A stretch of 32,000 bases of DNA, taken from assembly GCF_003010495.1 (NCBI RefSeq), contig NZ_CP027570.1:1590001-1622000 (forward strand), written 5' to 3'. The notes beneath the pieces were generated by a model. That model did not search any database and was not told the DNA's origin. It was given only the letters and a program-made list of their open reading frames with translations. Shown here piece after piece: positions 1-7,748 of the stretch (position 1 is its first letter; each line of letters begins with the position of its first letter). A program made the translations under genes and the position numbers. Source of the DNA: Megasphaera elsdenii DSM 20460. Lineage in GTDB: Bacteria; Bacillota; Negativicutes; Veillonellales; Megasphaeraceae.

Positions 1-63
1 ATAAGTGACTGGAGAGAGCGTCACAGGAAGGCTTCTGTCGTCATGTGATGCTCCTTTCTTTAT

Positions 64-150
64 TGTTTGTAGTACGGAGTTTGTAGTTTGTAGAAGAGGG
101 CTTAAATTTAGAGCCATCTACTAGCCACTAACTGCTAACAACTAACTACT
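64..150. repeat. Mosaic intergenic repeat: GT-rich heptad array (gtttgta type), AT-loop hairpin (gggcttaaatttagagcc, 98-115), AC-rich heptad array (ctagcca/ctaactg/ctaacaa)
   Basis: 7-nt periodicity read directly. The same three-part architecture recurs at 2487, 3352, 6008, 29520 and 29645. Confidence 0.7.
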
Positions 151-151
151 T

Positions 152-183
152 AAAAGGCGCTGTCTTCGTAGACGGCGCCTTTT
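152..183 (+). terminator. Intrinsic terminator-like hairpin (A-run, ggcgctgtct/agacggcgcc stem, T-run)
   Basis: GC stem of about 11 bp flanked by aaaa and tttt. The stem contains the CTGTC core shared with other terminators in the window. Confidence 0.6.
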
Positions 184-199
184 ATCATAAGGAGGCCCC

Positions 200-1093
200 A
201 TGGATTTACCGTCGATACAGCAGCTGCGGAATTTCGTCATTTATGGGAAGTATGGGAACTTCACGACGGCTGCCAATGCTGCCAACATCACCCAGTCGGC
301 TTTTAGTGCGCAGATGAAGAAATTGGAAGACCTCGTCGGCGTCCGCCTCATTGAACGCTCGAACAGGGGGAGTCATCTGACACCGGCCGGGAAGCTGTTC
401 TATACGAAAATAGCCCGTATTTTGGGCGAATTGGAGGAGGCTATGAGCGAACTGCCAGGACGGATGGGGAAGACCCAGCCCCTGTCTGTAGGCATCATGC
501 TGTCCTTAGGGGATGTCCACATGAACCGGCACCTGGCTTATTTCCAGGAACATCACAGCGGCGCTTCGTTCCGGGTCTATAACCTGGAAGTCCGGGAGAT
601 GATCCAATGGCTGAAAGAAGATCGCCTGGATATTGTATCGCTCTTTTACTTGCCGGCGCTGCATCTGGAAGAGTATGAGAAGGTCTTCTTCGGCATCGAG
701 AACCTCGTCTATTACGGGCCGAACCTCAAGTTGCCGGAACATGCCGTGACGCCGCAATATGTGGCGTCCCAGCCGTTGGCCCAGTATTCGCCCCAGTATG
801 AGATGAATCGCTACATCAACCATTATTTCACGTCCCACGCCTGTCCGCCTCAGGAGACGCAGGCCTGGTTCTCGACGCCTTATGCCATGATGAACTACTG
901 TCAGCAGAACCGCATCGGGGCTATCCTGCCGGAACGCTTCCTCCAGGCCATGGGCATTGCCAAAGGTTACTGTGAATTGGAACCGCCCCTGCGCCTTCCG
1001 TGTTATCTCGTGTATAAGAAAGACAACCCGAAATACGCGACGATCCAGGTTTTCGTCGATTATATCCGCCGCGTCTATCATATTAAAAAATAA
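200..1093 (+). CDS. LysR-family transcriptional regulator
   Basis: 297 aa. N-terminal HTH typical of LysR (LRNFVIYGKYGNFTTAANAANITQSAFSAQMKKLE...LIERSNRG..LT.AG). RBS aaggagg lies upstream of the ATG. Confidence 0.9.
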   Translation: MDLPSIQQLRNFVIYGKYGNFTTAANAANITQSAFSAQMKKLEDLVGVRLIERSNRGSHLTPAGKLFYTKIARILGELEEAMSELPGRMGKTQPLSVGIMLSLGDVHMNRHLAYFQEHHSGASFRVYNLEVREMIQWLKEDRLDIVSLFYLPALHLEEYEKVFFGIENLVYYGPNLKLPEHAVTPQYVASQPLAQYSPQYEMNRYINHYFTSHACPPQETQAWFSTPYAMMNYCQQNRIGAILPERFLQAMGIAKGYCELEPPLRLPCYLVYKKDNPKYATIQVFVDYIRRVYHIKK

Positions 1094-1100
1094 TGATAAA

Positions 1101-1143
1101 GGTATCTGCCATCATATAAAACGATGGCAGGTATCTTTTTTTT
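1101..1143 (+). terminator. Intrinsic terminator after the LysR gene
   Basis: 13-bp perfect stem ggtatctgccatc/gatggcaggtatc followed by a T8 run. Confidence 0.8.
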
Positions 1144-1212
1144 GCGTTATACAAGACGGGAAAGAAGGTGTAGAATCTAGCTTGCAAATACGAAAGGAGC
1201 AGTGAATACACA

Positions 1213-2418
1213 ATGTCGAATCAATCACTTTGGAACAAAGATTTCCTTCTCGACACAGGTATCAATTTTGTAGTCTATCTTATTTATTACTTATTAATGG
1301 TCATCATCGCCGTCGTCGCCAAAGACCAATTGCACGCTTCCCTCGGTGAAGCCGGACTGGCTTCGGGCATCTTCATTGTCGGCACCCTGCTGGCACGCTT
1401 GCAGTTCGGCAAGGCTATTGAATTATACGGTCGCCGCAAGTCCTTATATGGCGGGATCCTCTTTTATTTCGTAACGACCTTATTATACTTTTATATCCCG
1501 AATCTCGCTATTCTCTATGGCATCCGCTTCCTCAACGGCATGGCCTATGGTATCGTCTCGACGGCGACCAATACGATCGTCGCTTCTTGCATTCCGGCAG
1601 AAAAACGGGGCGAAGGCATCAACTACTACGGCTTGAGCACCAGCCTGGCTGCCGCTGTCGGCCCCTTCCTGGGTATGTTCCTCATCGTCGTCACGAACTT
1701 CACCTTTATCATCACCCTCTGTGCCGTTCTCGTCGGCTTGTGCATGATTGGCTGCATCGCCCTCCATATCGACGAAATCACGCTTACGTCGGAACAGGTT
1801 GCCCGCATGAAAGCCATGACCCTCGACAATTACGTCGAATATCGCGTACTGATCATCTCCATCATCGGCTTCTTCATGGGCTTCGCTTATTCCAGCGTCC
1901 TGACATTCTTGGCCGCTTATGCTCGTGAAATCAACCTGGTCCAGGCCGGTACGTTCTTCTTCGTCGTCTATGCCGTTGTCATCACTATCACTCGTCCGAT
2001 GACGGGTGTCATCTTCGACCACAAAGGCGAAAACTACGTCCTCTATCCCTGCTACATCTGCCTGGCTATCGGCTTGTTCCTCCTCAGCATTACCGGTGCT
2101 TCTTGGCAGCTGCTCTTATCGGGCGTCTTCGTTGGCCTTGGCTATGGTACGTTCATGTCCAACGGTCAGGCTGTCTGCATCAAATTGACCCCGTCGTACC
2201 GCATCAGCGTTGCCTTATCGACGTACTTCGTCGCTTTGGACCTCGGCATCGGCGTAGGGCCCTATGTCCTCGGCAGCCTCCACGGCCTGCTCACCTTCCC
2301 GCAGCTCTATGCTGTAGCAGCCATCGTCGCTGTTGCCTGCTTCATCATGTACCATGCCTTCTACGGCCGCAAGATCAATCTCATCAACCGTGCCGTCCGC
2401 ATCTACATCCACGCATAA
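1213..2418 (+). CDS. MFS transporter
   Basis: 401 aa, highly hydrophobic and consistent with about 12 TM segments. MFS loop 2-3 type motif GKAIELYGRRKSL. RBS aaaggag is present. Confidence 0.85.
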   Translation: MSNQSLWNKDFLLDTGINFVVYLIYYLLMVIIAVVAKDQLHASLGEAGLASGIFIVGTLLARLQFGKAIELYGRRKSLYGGILFYFVTTLLYFYIPNLAILYGIRFLNGMAYGIVSTATNTIVASCIPAEKRGEGINYYGLSTSLAAAVGPFLGMFLIVVTNFTFIITLCAVLVGLCMIGCIALHIDEITLTSEQVARMKAMTLDNYVEYRVLIISIIGFFMGFAYSSVLTFLAAYAREINLVQAGTFFFVVYAVVITITRPMTGVIFDHKGENYVLYPCYICLAIGLFLLSITGASWQLLLSGVFVGLGYGTFMSNGQAVCIKLTPSYRISVALSTYFVALDLGIGVGPYVLGSLHGLLTFPQLYAVAAIVAVACFIMYHAFYGRKINLINRAVRIYIHA

Positions 2419-2451
2419 CACGCAATTACAATAGATCCTATCCCCAGATTC

Positions 2452-2484
2452 GAGGGCTTGTCGTATGGCGACAAGCCCTCTTTT
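2452..2484 (+). terminator. Intrinsic terminator after the MFS gene
   Basis: Stem gagggcttgtcg/cgacaagccctc followed by tttt. Confidence 0.8.
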
Positions 2485-2486
2485 AG

Positions 2487-2567
2487 GTTCATCGTAGGTC
2501 GTTCATCGTAAATTGAAGGGACAAAAAATCCATCGCGACGAATCACGAACCACTAGCCACGAACCAC
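2487..2567. repeat. Mosaic repeat: gttcatc/gtaggtc heptads, A-rich centre, cacgaac/cactagc heptads
   Basis: Read directly. The left arm is GT-rich and the right arm is its AC-rich inverted counterpart, ending in a T-run. Confidence 0.65.
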
Positions 2568-2610
2568 TTTTTTCAGTTATAATGGATATAAGGAAAAAGG
2601 GGAGAGAGAC

Positions 2611-3156
2611 ATGACCATCAAAACGAGAATCCTGGCAGGGCTTGCCTGTATTTGCTTGATATTGACGATTTTTTTCTGGCCTGGCAAGGAAGAAGAGGCT
2701 TATAGTTCGGATGTCATCAAGGAAGCGGAAGACGTGACGACGGCTGAAACGGAAATGATGGCCCCTGATGAATCTCTGGAATCACCTAATGGTACGGTGC
2801 GGCTTCAGGCCTTGTATAATGAGAAACCGGTTTGCCTCTTCTTCTGGTCTTCCTGGAGCCAGGACAGTTTGCGCCAGCTCGCAGCACTGGAAGAAGTGTA
2901 TCCAACGTATGGGCAAGCCATTCAGTTTGTGACGGTCCCTGTCGGACCGGACCAGGAGGACAGCTTGTCTTATATGAAGCAGAGCGGGGCAGGCCTGCCT
3001 GTCTATTGTGTCCGGGAACCGATGCTGAAGGAATATGGCGTCCATGACATACCGAAACTCATCTTCATCGCCCGCGGTGGCCAGATGACGCGCCCCTTCG
3101 ACAGCGTTTTGACGCCGCGACAGTTGTCCTATGAAATGGAAAAGTTATTAAAATAA
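2611..3156 (+). CDS. Membrane-anchored thioredoxin-fold (TlpA/ResA-like) protein without the CXXC active site
   Basis: 181 aa with an N-terminal TM anchor. LFFWSSWSQDSLRQL aligns to the FWASWCGPCRxE motif, with both Cys replaced by Ser. Confidence 0.7.
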   Translation: MTIKTRILAGLACICLILTIFFWPGKEEEAYSSDVIKEAEDVTTAETEMMAPDESLESPNGTVRLQALYNEKPVCLFFWSSWSQDSLRQLAALEEVYPTYGQAIQFVTVPVGPDQEDSLSYMKQSGAGLPVYCVREPMLKEYGVHDIPKLIFIARGGQMTRPFDSVLTPRQLSYEMEKLLK

Positions 3157-3170
3157 TTTTTCTATTTCCC

Positions 3171-3199
3171 TTGCCAAAAAGAGAAAAGTAGGTTATAAT
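3171..3199 (+). promoter_or_regulatory. Sigma-70-type promoter of tRNA-Val copy 1 (TTGCCA-17-TATAAT)
   Basis: Hexamers with a 17-nt spacer, about 30 nt upstream of the tRNA. An almost identical copy sits at 3925-3953. Confidence 0.7.
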
Positions 3200-3229
3200 A
3201 AACGAGTCGCACAGAGAAGTATAAAATAT

Positions 3230-3306
3230 GGGCGGTTAGCTCAGTTGGTTAGAGTATCTCGTTGACATCGAGGGGGTCGATGGTTCGAATCCATTATCGC
3301 CCACCA
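3230..3306 (+). tRNA. tRNA-Val (anticodon GAC), CCA encoded
   Basis: Cloverleaf folded by hand: 7-bp acceptor stem, D arm gctc/gagt, anticodon loop ttGACat, T loop ttcgaat, and a 3' acca. Confidence 0.9.
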
Positions 3307-3315
3307 TATTGTGTG

Positions 3316-3351
3316 AAAAAAGAGGCTGTCGCATTAAGACAGCCTCTTTTT
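3316..3351 (+). terminator. Intrinsic terminator of tRNA-Val copy 1
   Basis: A-run, stem agaggctgtc/gacagcctct, T-run. Confidence 0.8.
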
Positions 3352-3472
3352 GAGTTTTAAGTTTGTAGTTTTTAGTTTGCAGCAAATGGTAAAAAATTAA
3401 AGCCAGCTTCTACAAAATATAAAGCAACCTCTCAGACCGCCTGAGGCGGCCAGCTCCCCTAAAAAGGGAGCC
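3352..3472. repeat. Mosaic repeat: gttttaa/gtttgta/gttttta/gtttgca heptads, AT hairpin, AC-rich arm, then double-hairpin element (3421-3472)
   Basis: Read directly. The double-hairpin element recurs at 6078, 7749, 31740 and 31806. Confidence 0.7.
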
Positions 3473-3493
3473 TTTGCGAACTGCTGCCTGCTA

Positions 3494-3847
3494 TTAGAAC
3501 TTCCCTTCATCGTACATCTTGATTTTCCAGTTCAGGTGCTGCAGGGCCTCTTGAATATCTTTCATGCGGCTTTCTAAATGGTCCCGTTCTTCTGTGAGGA
3601 TTTGACGCCGTTCTTTGCGCGTCGCCTCGCCTTGCTGAAAGAGTTCCATATACCGCGACAGGCCGTCGATGGAGACGCTGGCTGCGCGCATGCATTTGAT
3701 GAAGGCAATGGTATTGCAGTTTTCCTGGCTGTAATTGCGGATACCGTTCTTATCACGGCTTACGTTGTGGATGAGGCCGATTTTTTCGTAATAGCGCAGC
3801 GTATCCGGCGAAATCTGGAATTTTTCACTGACATCTTTTATCTTCAA
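3494..3847 (-). CDS. MerR-family transcriptional regulator
   Basis: 117 aa. N-terminal MerR HTH (IKDVSEKFQISPDTLRYYEKIGLI) followed by a coiled-coil dimerisation helix. RBS aaggaggg is present. Confidence 0.9.
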   Translation of the reverse strand: MKIKDVSEKFQISPDTLRYYEKIGLIHNVSRDKNGIRNYSQENCNTIAFIKCMRAASVSIDGLSRYMELFQQGEATRKERRQILTEERDHLESRMKDIQEALQHLNWKIKMYDEGKF

Positions 3848-3924
3848 AACAATCCCTCCTTACCTTTATTATACTGGTTAGAGTGGAGTTCAAGTCAAGC
3901 TGTGAAAAATGTTGAAAAAAGCCC

Positions 3925-3953
3925 TTGCCAAAATGTGAAAAGTAGGTTATAAT
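3925..3953 (+). promoter_or_regulatory. Sigma-70-type promoter of tRNA-Val copy 2 (TTGCCA-17-TATAAT)
   Basis: Near-identical duplicate of 3171-3199. Confidence 0.7.
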
Positions 3954-3983
3954 AAACAAGTCGCACAGAGAAGTACGAAATAT

Positions 3984-4060
3984 GGGCGGTTAGCTCAGTT
4001 GGTTAGAGTATCTCGTTGACATCGAGGGGGTCGATGGTTCGAATCCATTACCGCCCACCA
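3984..4060 (+). tRNA. tRNA-Val (anticodon GAC), second copy
   Basis: Identical to 3230-3306 except for one acceptor-stem base (c4051 versus t3297), which changes G-U to G-C. Confidence 0.9.
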
Positions 4061-4071
4061 TATTGTGTGCG

Positions 4072-4107
4072 AAAAAGGACTTGTCGCTATGCGGCAAGTC
4101 CTTTTTT
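4072..4107 (+). terminator. Intrinsic terminator of tRNA-Val copy 2 and insertion site of the group II intron
   Basis: A5, stem ggacttgtcgc/gcggcaagtcc, T6. The intron GTGCG starts 2 nt later. Confidence 0.8.
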
Positions 4108-4109
4108 AG

Positions 4110-6007
4110 GTGCGCCCGGCATGGGCGCACTCTAATGGGTGAAAGTCCCTAAGCCGCCCGGTAGCGGGAAGGCTATAGCCAGAACCAAGGGTGTCCATCG
4201 TGAGATGGAATCTGAAGGAAGGTCGAGGCAAATCTCTGGTCTGACGAACAGAAATCACATAAGGCTAGTCATGGGGATAAGGCCGCCTAACAGGTTGAAG
4301 TCCCATAGCTACACGGAACCATGAATAGTAGATGTGGCAGACACATGGAGAGAAAGAGTGCGTTCTTACCCGGGGAGGCCTCATGGACATGATGGTGCCA
4401 TATAGATTGGACATCATGGTTGAAATAAGATTTATCATGAGGAGTCAGCCGAGGCCATAGTACCTTATGGGCTATAGACCATGAGGAAAGGGCCGAATCC
4501 TAGGAGATGTTAGTTAATGAAAGTAACCAATCATGGAATGAAAGACAGAAAACTTCATCAAGAAGGCTGTCCACAAAAAGAGGTTGCGGAACAACCGGGA
4601 TATGTGGAAGCGTCTGCCCATGCGAGGATTGCTGAACACAACGACATCATTGCAAGCTTGCCAGCGGACAGTCTGTTGAAGCAGATTTTATCACGAGACA
4701 ACTTAAATGGTGCCTATAAGAAGGTAAAGTCTAATCGAGGAACCGGCGGGGTCGACAGGATGAGTGTAGATGAACTTCTACCCTACCTGCGGGAACATCG
4801 CCTGGACCTCCTTCAGCAAATACGGAATGGGAAATATAAGCCCCAGCCAGTCCGTCGGGTTGAAATACCCAAAGAGGAAAAAGGGAAATTCCGGAAATTA
4901 GGAATCCCTACGGTCGTAGACCGCATGATACAACAGGCGATTACGCAGGTTCTTGTGCCTATCTACGAGCCACAGTTTTCAGATAGCAGTTTCGGGTTCC
5001 GTCCCAAACGGGGCGCCCACGATGCGTTGAAACAATGCCAGGCCTATGCAGATGAGGGCTATGTCTACGTCGTAGACATGGACTTGGAGAAATTTTTCGA
5101 CAATGTCTGCCAAAGCAAATTGATAGAAGTTCTGTCAAGGAGCGTAAAAGACGGCCGGGTCATCTCGCTGATACACCAATATCTCCATGCTGGTGTTATC
5201 CGGCATGGGATGTTCGAACGAAGTGAACAGGGGGTTCCCCAAGGAGGGCCATTGAGTCCGCTCTTGAGTAACATCATGCTGAATGAGCTGGATAAGGAGC
5301 TGGAACGGCGCGGACATAAATTTGTCCGCTATGCAGATGACTGCATGATACTCTGCAAAAGCAGAAGAAGTGCCGAAAGGACCTTGGAAAGCATCACTCG
5401 ATATATTGAGAAGAAATTATTTCTCAAGGTGAATCGAAATAAGACGCACGTAGCCCACATCCGCTATGTTAAATATCTGGGATATGGCTTCTACCGAAAG
5501 AATGGAAAATGCCGACTCCGGGTGCATCCGAAATCCATTACTAAGATGAAAGACCGTTTGCGGTTTATATTGAAACGAAGCAATGGAAAAGGAAACGAAG
5601 TGAGAGCCCTTCTATTGAAACGATTCATAAAGGGATGGGTGAATTACTTTAAACTAGCGAATATGAAGGAACTGCTAATTCAAATTGACAGATGGATTCG
5701 ACGCAAAATACGAACCATATACTGGAAACAATGGAAGAAGGTACGGACGAAACACCGGATGATAAGCCAATACGGCGCGCCCAAGTGGGTAGTGTTGGAA
5801 ATGGCTAACTGCCGAAAAGGTCCGTGGCGAGCAGCGGCAATGCTGAACTCAGTTCTTACGAATAAAGAAATAGCCCGCCTTGGCTACATAACCATGACGA
5901 GCTATTACAAGCAAGTATGCGAAAACTAGGAAACCGCCGTGTACCGAACGGTACGCACGGTGGTGTGAGAGGTCGGGATTTCTACTCAGAAATCCCTCCT
6001 ACTCGAT
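4110..6007 (+). mobile_element. Group II intron, probably bacterial class C (IIC), with an intron-encoded RT/maturase
   Basis: 5' GTGCG at 4110. Domain V-like helix at about 5934-5965 with a 2-nt 3' bulge and CGC at the triad position. Domain VI helix with a bulged A at about 6001. Size is about 1.9 kb, the IEP has no En domain, and the insertion is right after an intrinsic terminator. The 3' boundary is good to about +/-5 nt. Confidence 0.85.
4517..5929 (+). CDS. ltrA: Group II intron reverse transcriptase/maturase (no endonuclease domain)
   Basis: 470 aa. RT blocks are present, including GVPQGGPLSPLLSN and the catalytic YADD (RYADDCMILC). The maturase X region is rich in W/K/R. There is no C-terminal HNH. 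Confidence 0.93.
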   Translation: MKVTNHGMKDRKLHQEGCPQKEVAEQPGYVEASAHARIAEHNDIIASLPADSLLKQILSRDNLNGAYKKVKSNRGTGGVDRMSVDELLPYLREHRLDLLQQIRNGKYKPQPVRRVEIPKEEKGKFRKLGIPTVVDRMIQQAITQVLVPIYEPQFSDSSFGFRPKRGAHDALKQCQAYADEGYVYVVDMDLEKFFDNVCQSKLIEVLSRSVKDGRVISLIHQYLHAGVIRHGMFERSEQGVPQGGPLSPLLSNIMLNELDKELERRGHKFVRYADDCMILCKSRRSAERTLESITRYIEKKLFLKVNRNKTHVAHIRYVKYLGYGFYRKNGKCRLRVHPKSITKMKDRLRFILKRSNGKGNEVRALLLKRFIKGWVNYFKLANMKELLIQIDRWIRRKIRTIYWKQWKKVRTKHRMISQYGAPKWVVLEMANCRKGPWRAAAMLNSVLTNKEIARLGYITMTSYYKQVCEN

Positions 6008-6175
6008 CAGTCAGCGGCTAGCAGTTAGCGAATGGTTTTAAATTTGACGCCATCCACTAAAAACTACAAATGCTGAGAAAGCAACCTCTCAGACCGCCTT
6101 TGGCGGCCAGCTCTCCTATGAGGAGAGCCTTTCGTCAAACATCAAGTCTCAAGCCTCAAGCATCAAAGACAAAGA
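6008..6175. repeat. Mosaic repeat: cagtcag/cggctag/cagttag heptads, AT hairpin, AC-rich arm, double-hairpin element (6078-6129), tcaag-type heptads (6139-6175)
   Basis: Same module order as 3352-3472, that is, the 3' flank of the other tRNA-Val copy. Confidence 0.7.
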
Positions 6176-6222
6176 AAACATGAGAGATAACAAAAAGCTT
6201 TACAAGAGTTTTCTTTTTTTTA

Positions 6223-6251
6223 TTGAAAATTTATGGATTTTGCTTTATAAT
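6223..6251 (+). promoter_or_regulatory. Sigma-70-type promoter upstream of sstT (TTGAAA-17-TATAAT)
   Basis: Hexamers and spacing read directly. It shares the tataataaacaagt context with the tRNA promoters. Confidence 0.6.
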
Positions 6252-6323
6252 AAACAAGTGTATTCATGTATTATACATTTGTAACATGGAATCATTGATA
6301 TTTTAGGGTAGGAGGTTTTCTTT

Positions 6324-7568
6324 ATGCATAGTTTATGGAATGCATTGAACCGCATCAGCCTGATTAAGCAGATCCTCGTCGGCTTGATCATCGGTATCGT
6401 CGTGGCCATGGCTTTCCCGGCAGCTGGGAAGGAATTGGCTTTGCTCGGCGTCATTTTCGTCGGTGCCTTGAAGGGCATCGCCCCGGTCTTGGTCTTCGTC
6501 CTGGTCTCCGCTGCCTTGAGCCGCAAACAGGAAGATCACGAATCGAACATCAAAGATGTCATCATCCTGTATCTTATCGGTACCTTTTTAGCGGCTTTCT
6601 TCGCCGTCATGATCAGTTTCGTCTTCCCGCTGACGCTGCAGCTCGACGTATCGGCTGCCAGCAATAAGGCGCCTGAAGGCATTGCCGAAGTCTTGACGAC
6701 GCTCCTCAAGAACATCGTCGATAACCCGGTCCACGCTCTGATGACGGGCAACTACATCGGGATCCTCGGCTGGGCCTGCCTGTTCGGCGTCGCCGTCCGC
6801 CGCGTTTCCGAATCGTCGAAAGCCGTCCTCGATGACTGTGCCGACGCCGTTACGACTTGTGTCCAGTGGATCATCCGCCTGGCTCCGCTCGGCATCATGG
6901 GCCTCGTCGCTGACTCCGTTTCGTCCAATGGTATCGGTGCCCTCATCGGCTATGCTAAATTGCTCTGCCTCTTGTTAGGGACGATGCTGCTCTTTGCCTT
7001 CGTCGTCAACCCGATCATCGTCTATGCCAAGATCCACCGCAATCCCTATCCGCTGGTCTGGAAATGCATCAAGACGTCTGGGGTCACGGCCTTCTTTACG
7101 CGCAGCTCGGCTGCTAACATCCCGGTCAACCTGTCCTTGGCCAAAGAAATCGGTGTCAATCCCGATACGTATACCGTTACGATTCCCCTCGGGGCCACGA
7201 TTAACATGTCCGGCGCAGCTATCACCATTTCTATCATGACCTTGGCCGCTGTCCATACCTTAGGGATTGCCGTCGACTTCCCGACAGCCCTCCTGCTCAG
7301 CGTTCTCTCGGCCATCGGTGCCTGCGGGGCTTCCGGCGTTGCCGGCGGCTCTCTGCTGCTGATCCCCATGGCCTGCAGCCTCTTCGGCATCTCCAATGAT
7401 ATTGCCATGCAGGTTGTCGGCGTCGGCTTCATCATCGGCGTTTTACAGGACTCGACGGAAACGGCCCTCAACTCGTCGACAGATATCCTCTTCACAGCCG
7501 CTGCCGACTTCGCCCAGCGCGGTTATCCCGAACACCTGGGCGGCCACGAAGTAAGCCATCAAGGGTAG
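6324..7568 (+). CDS. sstT: Serine/threonine:sodium symporter SstT (DAACS family)
   Basis: 414 aa. The N-terminus ([17 protein letters not shown]...[21 protein letters not shown]) closely parallels E. coli SstT. RBS aggagg is present. Confidence 0.88.
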   Translation: MHSLWNALNRISLIKQILVGLIIGIVVAMAFPAAGKELALLGVIFVGALKGIAPVLVFVLVSAALSRKQEDHESNIKDVIILYLIGTFLAAFFAVMISFVFPLTLQLDVSAASNKAPEGIAEVLTTLLKNIVDNPVHALMTGNYIGILGWACLFGVAVRRVSESSKAVLDDCADAVTTCVQWIIRLAPLGIMGLVADSVSSNGIGALIGYAKLLCLLLGTMLLFAFVVNPIIVYAKIHRNPYPLVWKCIKTSGVTAFFTRSSAANIPVNLSLAKEIGVNPDTYTVTIPLGATINMSGAAITISIMTLAAVHTLGIAVDFPTALLLSVLSAIGACGASGVAGGSLLLIPMACSLFGISNDIAMQVVGVGFIIGVLQDSTETALNSSTDILFTAAADFAQRGYPEHLGGHEVSHQG

Positions 7569-7663
7569 GAACGCCCATGTAGGGGAGGCCCATGTAGGGG
7601 ACGCCCAGAGGGCGTCCCGCCGTCCGCCGTTCGCATGTAGGGGCGCCACGTGGGGCGCCCGCC
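7565..7663 (+). repeat. Cluster of REP-like units: two half units (7565, 7579) and two full GTAGGGG-hairpin-CCCGCC units (7594-7621, 7637-7663)
   Basis: Each unit is GTAG followed by a GC palindrome (gggacgcc/ggcgtccc and gggcgcc/ggcgccc). The first GTAG contains the sstT stop codon. Confidence 0.75.
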
Positions 7664-7705
7664 ATAGATTATAATGAATAACGCAATTCGCCGTTCGCAA
7701 AAGTA

Positions 7706-7743
7706 CCCTCGCATGACGATATTCATCATGCGAGGGCCTTTTT
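7706..7743 (+). terminator. Intrinsic terminator downstream of sstT
   Basis: Stem ccctcgcatga/tcatgcgaggg followed by a T5 run. Confidence 0.7.
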
Positions 7744-7748
7744 GTGTC

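Noticed and set aside
1-60. Possible short gene start on the minus strand (aaaggag followed by ATG near position 45)
   Set aside because: The reading frame hits a stop after 7 codons. The segment looks more like a degenerate terminator half (ggcttctgtcgtcatg) than coding sequence.
4139-4324. 61-aa ORF at the 5' end of the group II intron
   Set aside because: It lies within intron RNA domain I, which is structured ribozyme sequence. It has no RBS, and the real intron ORF is the RT in domain IV.
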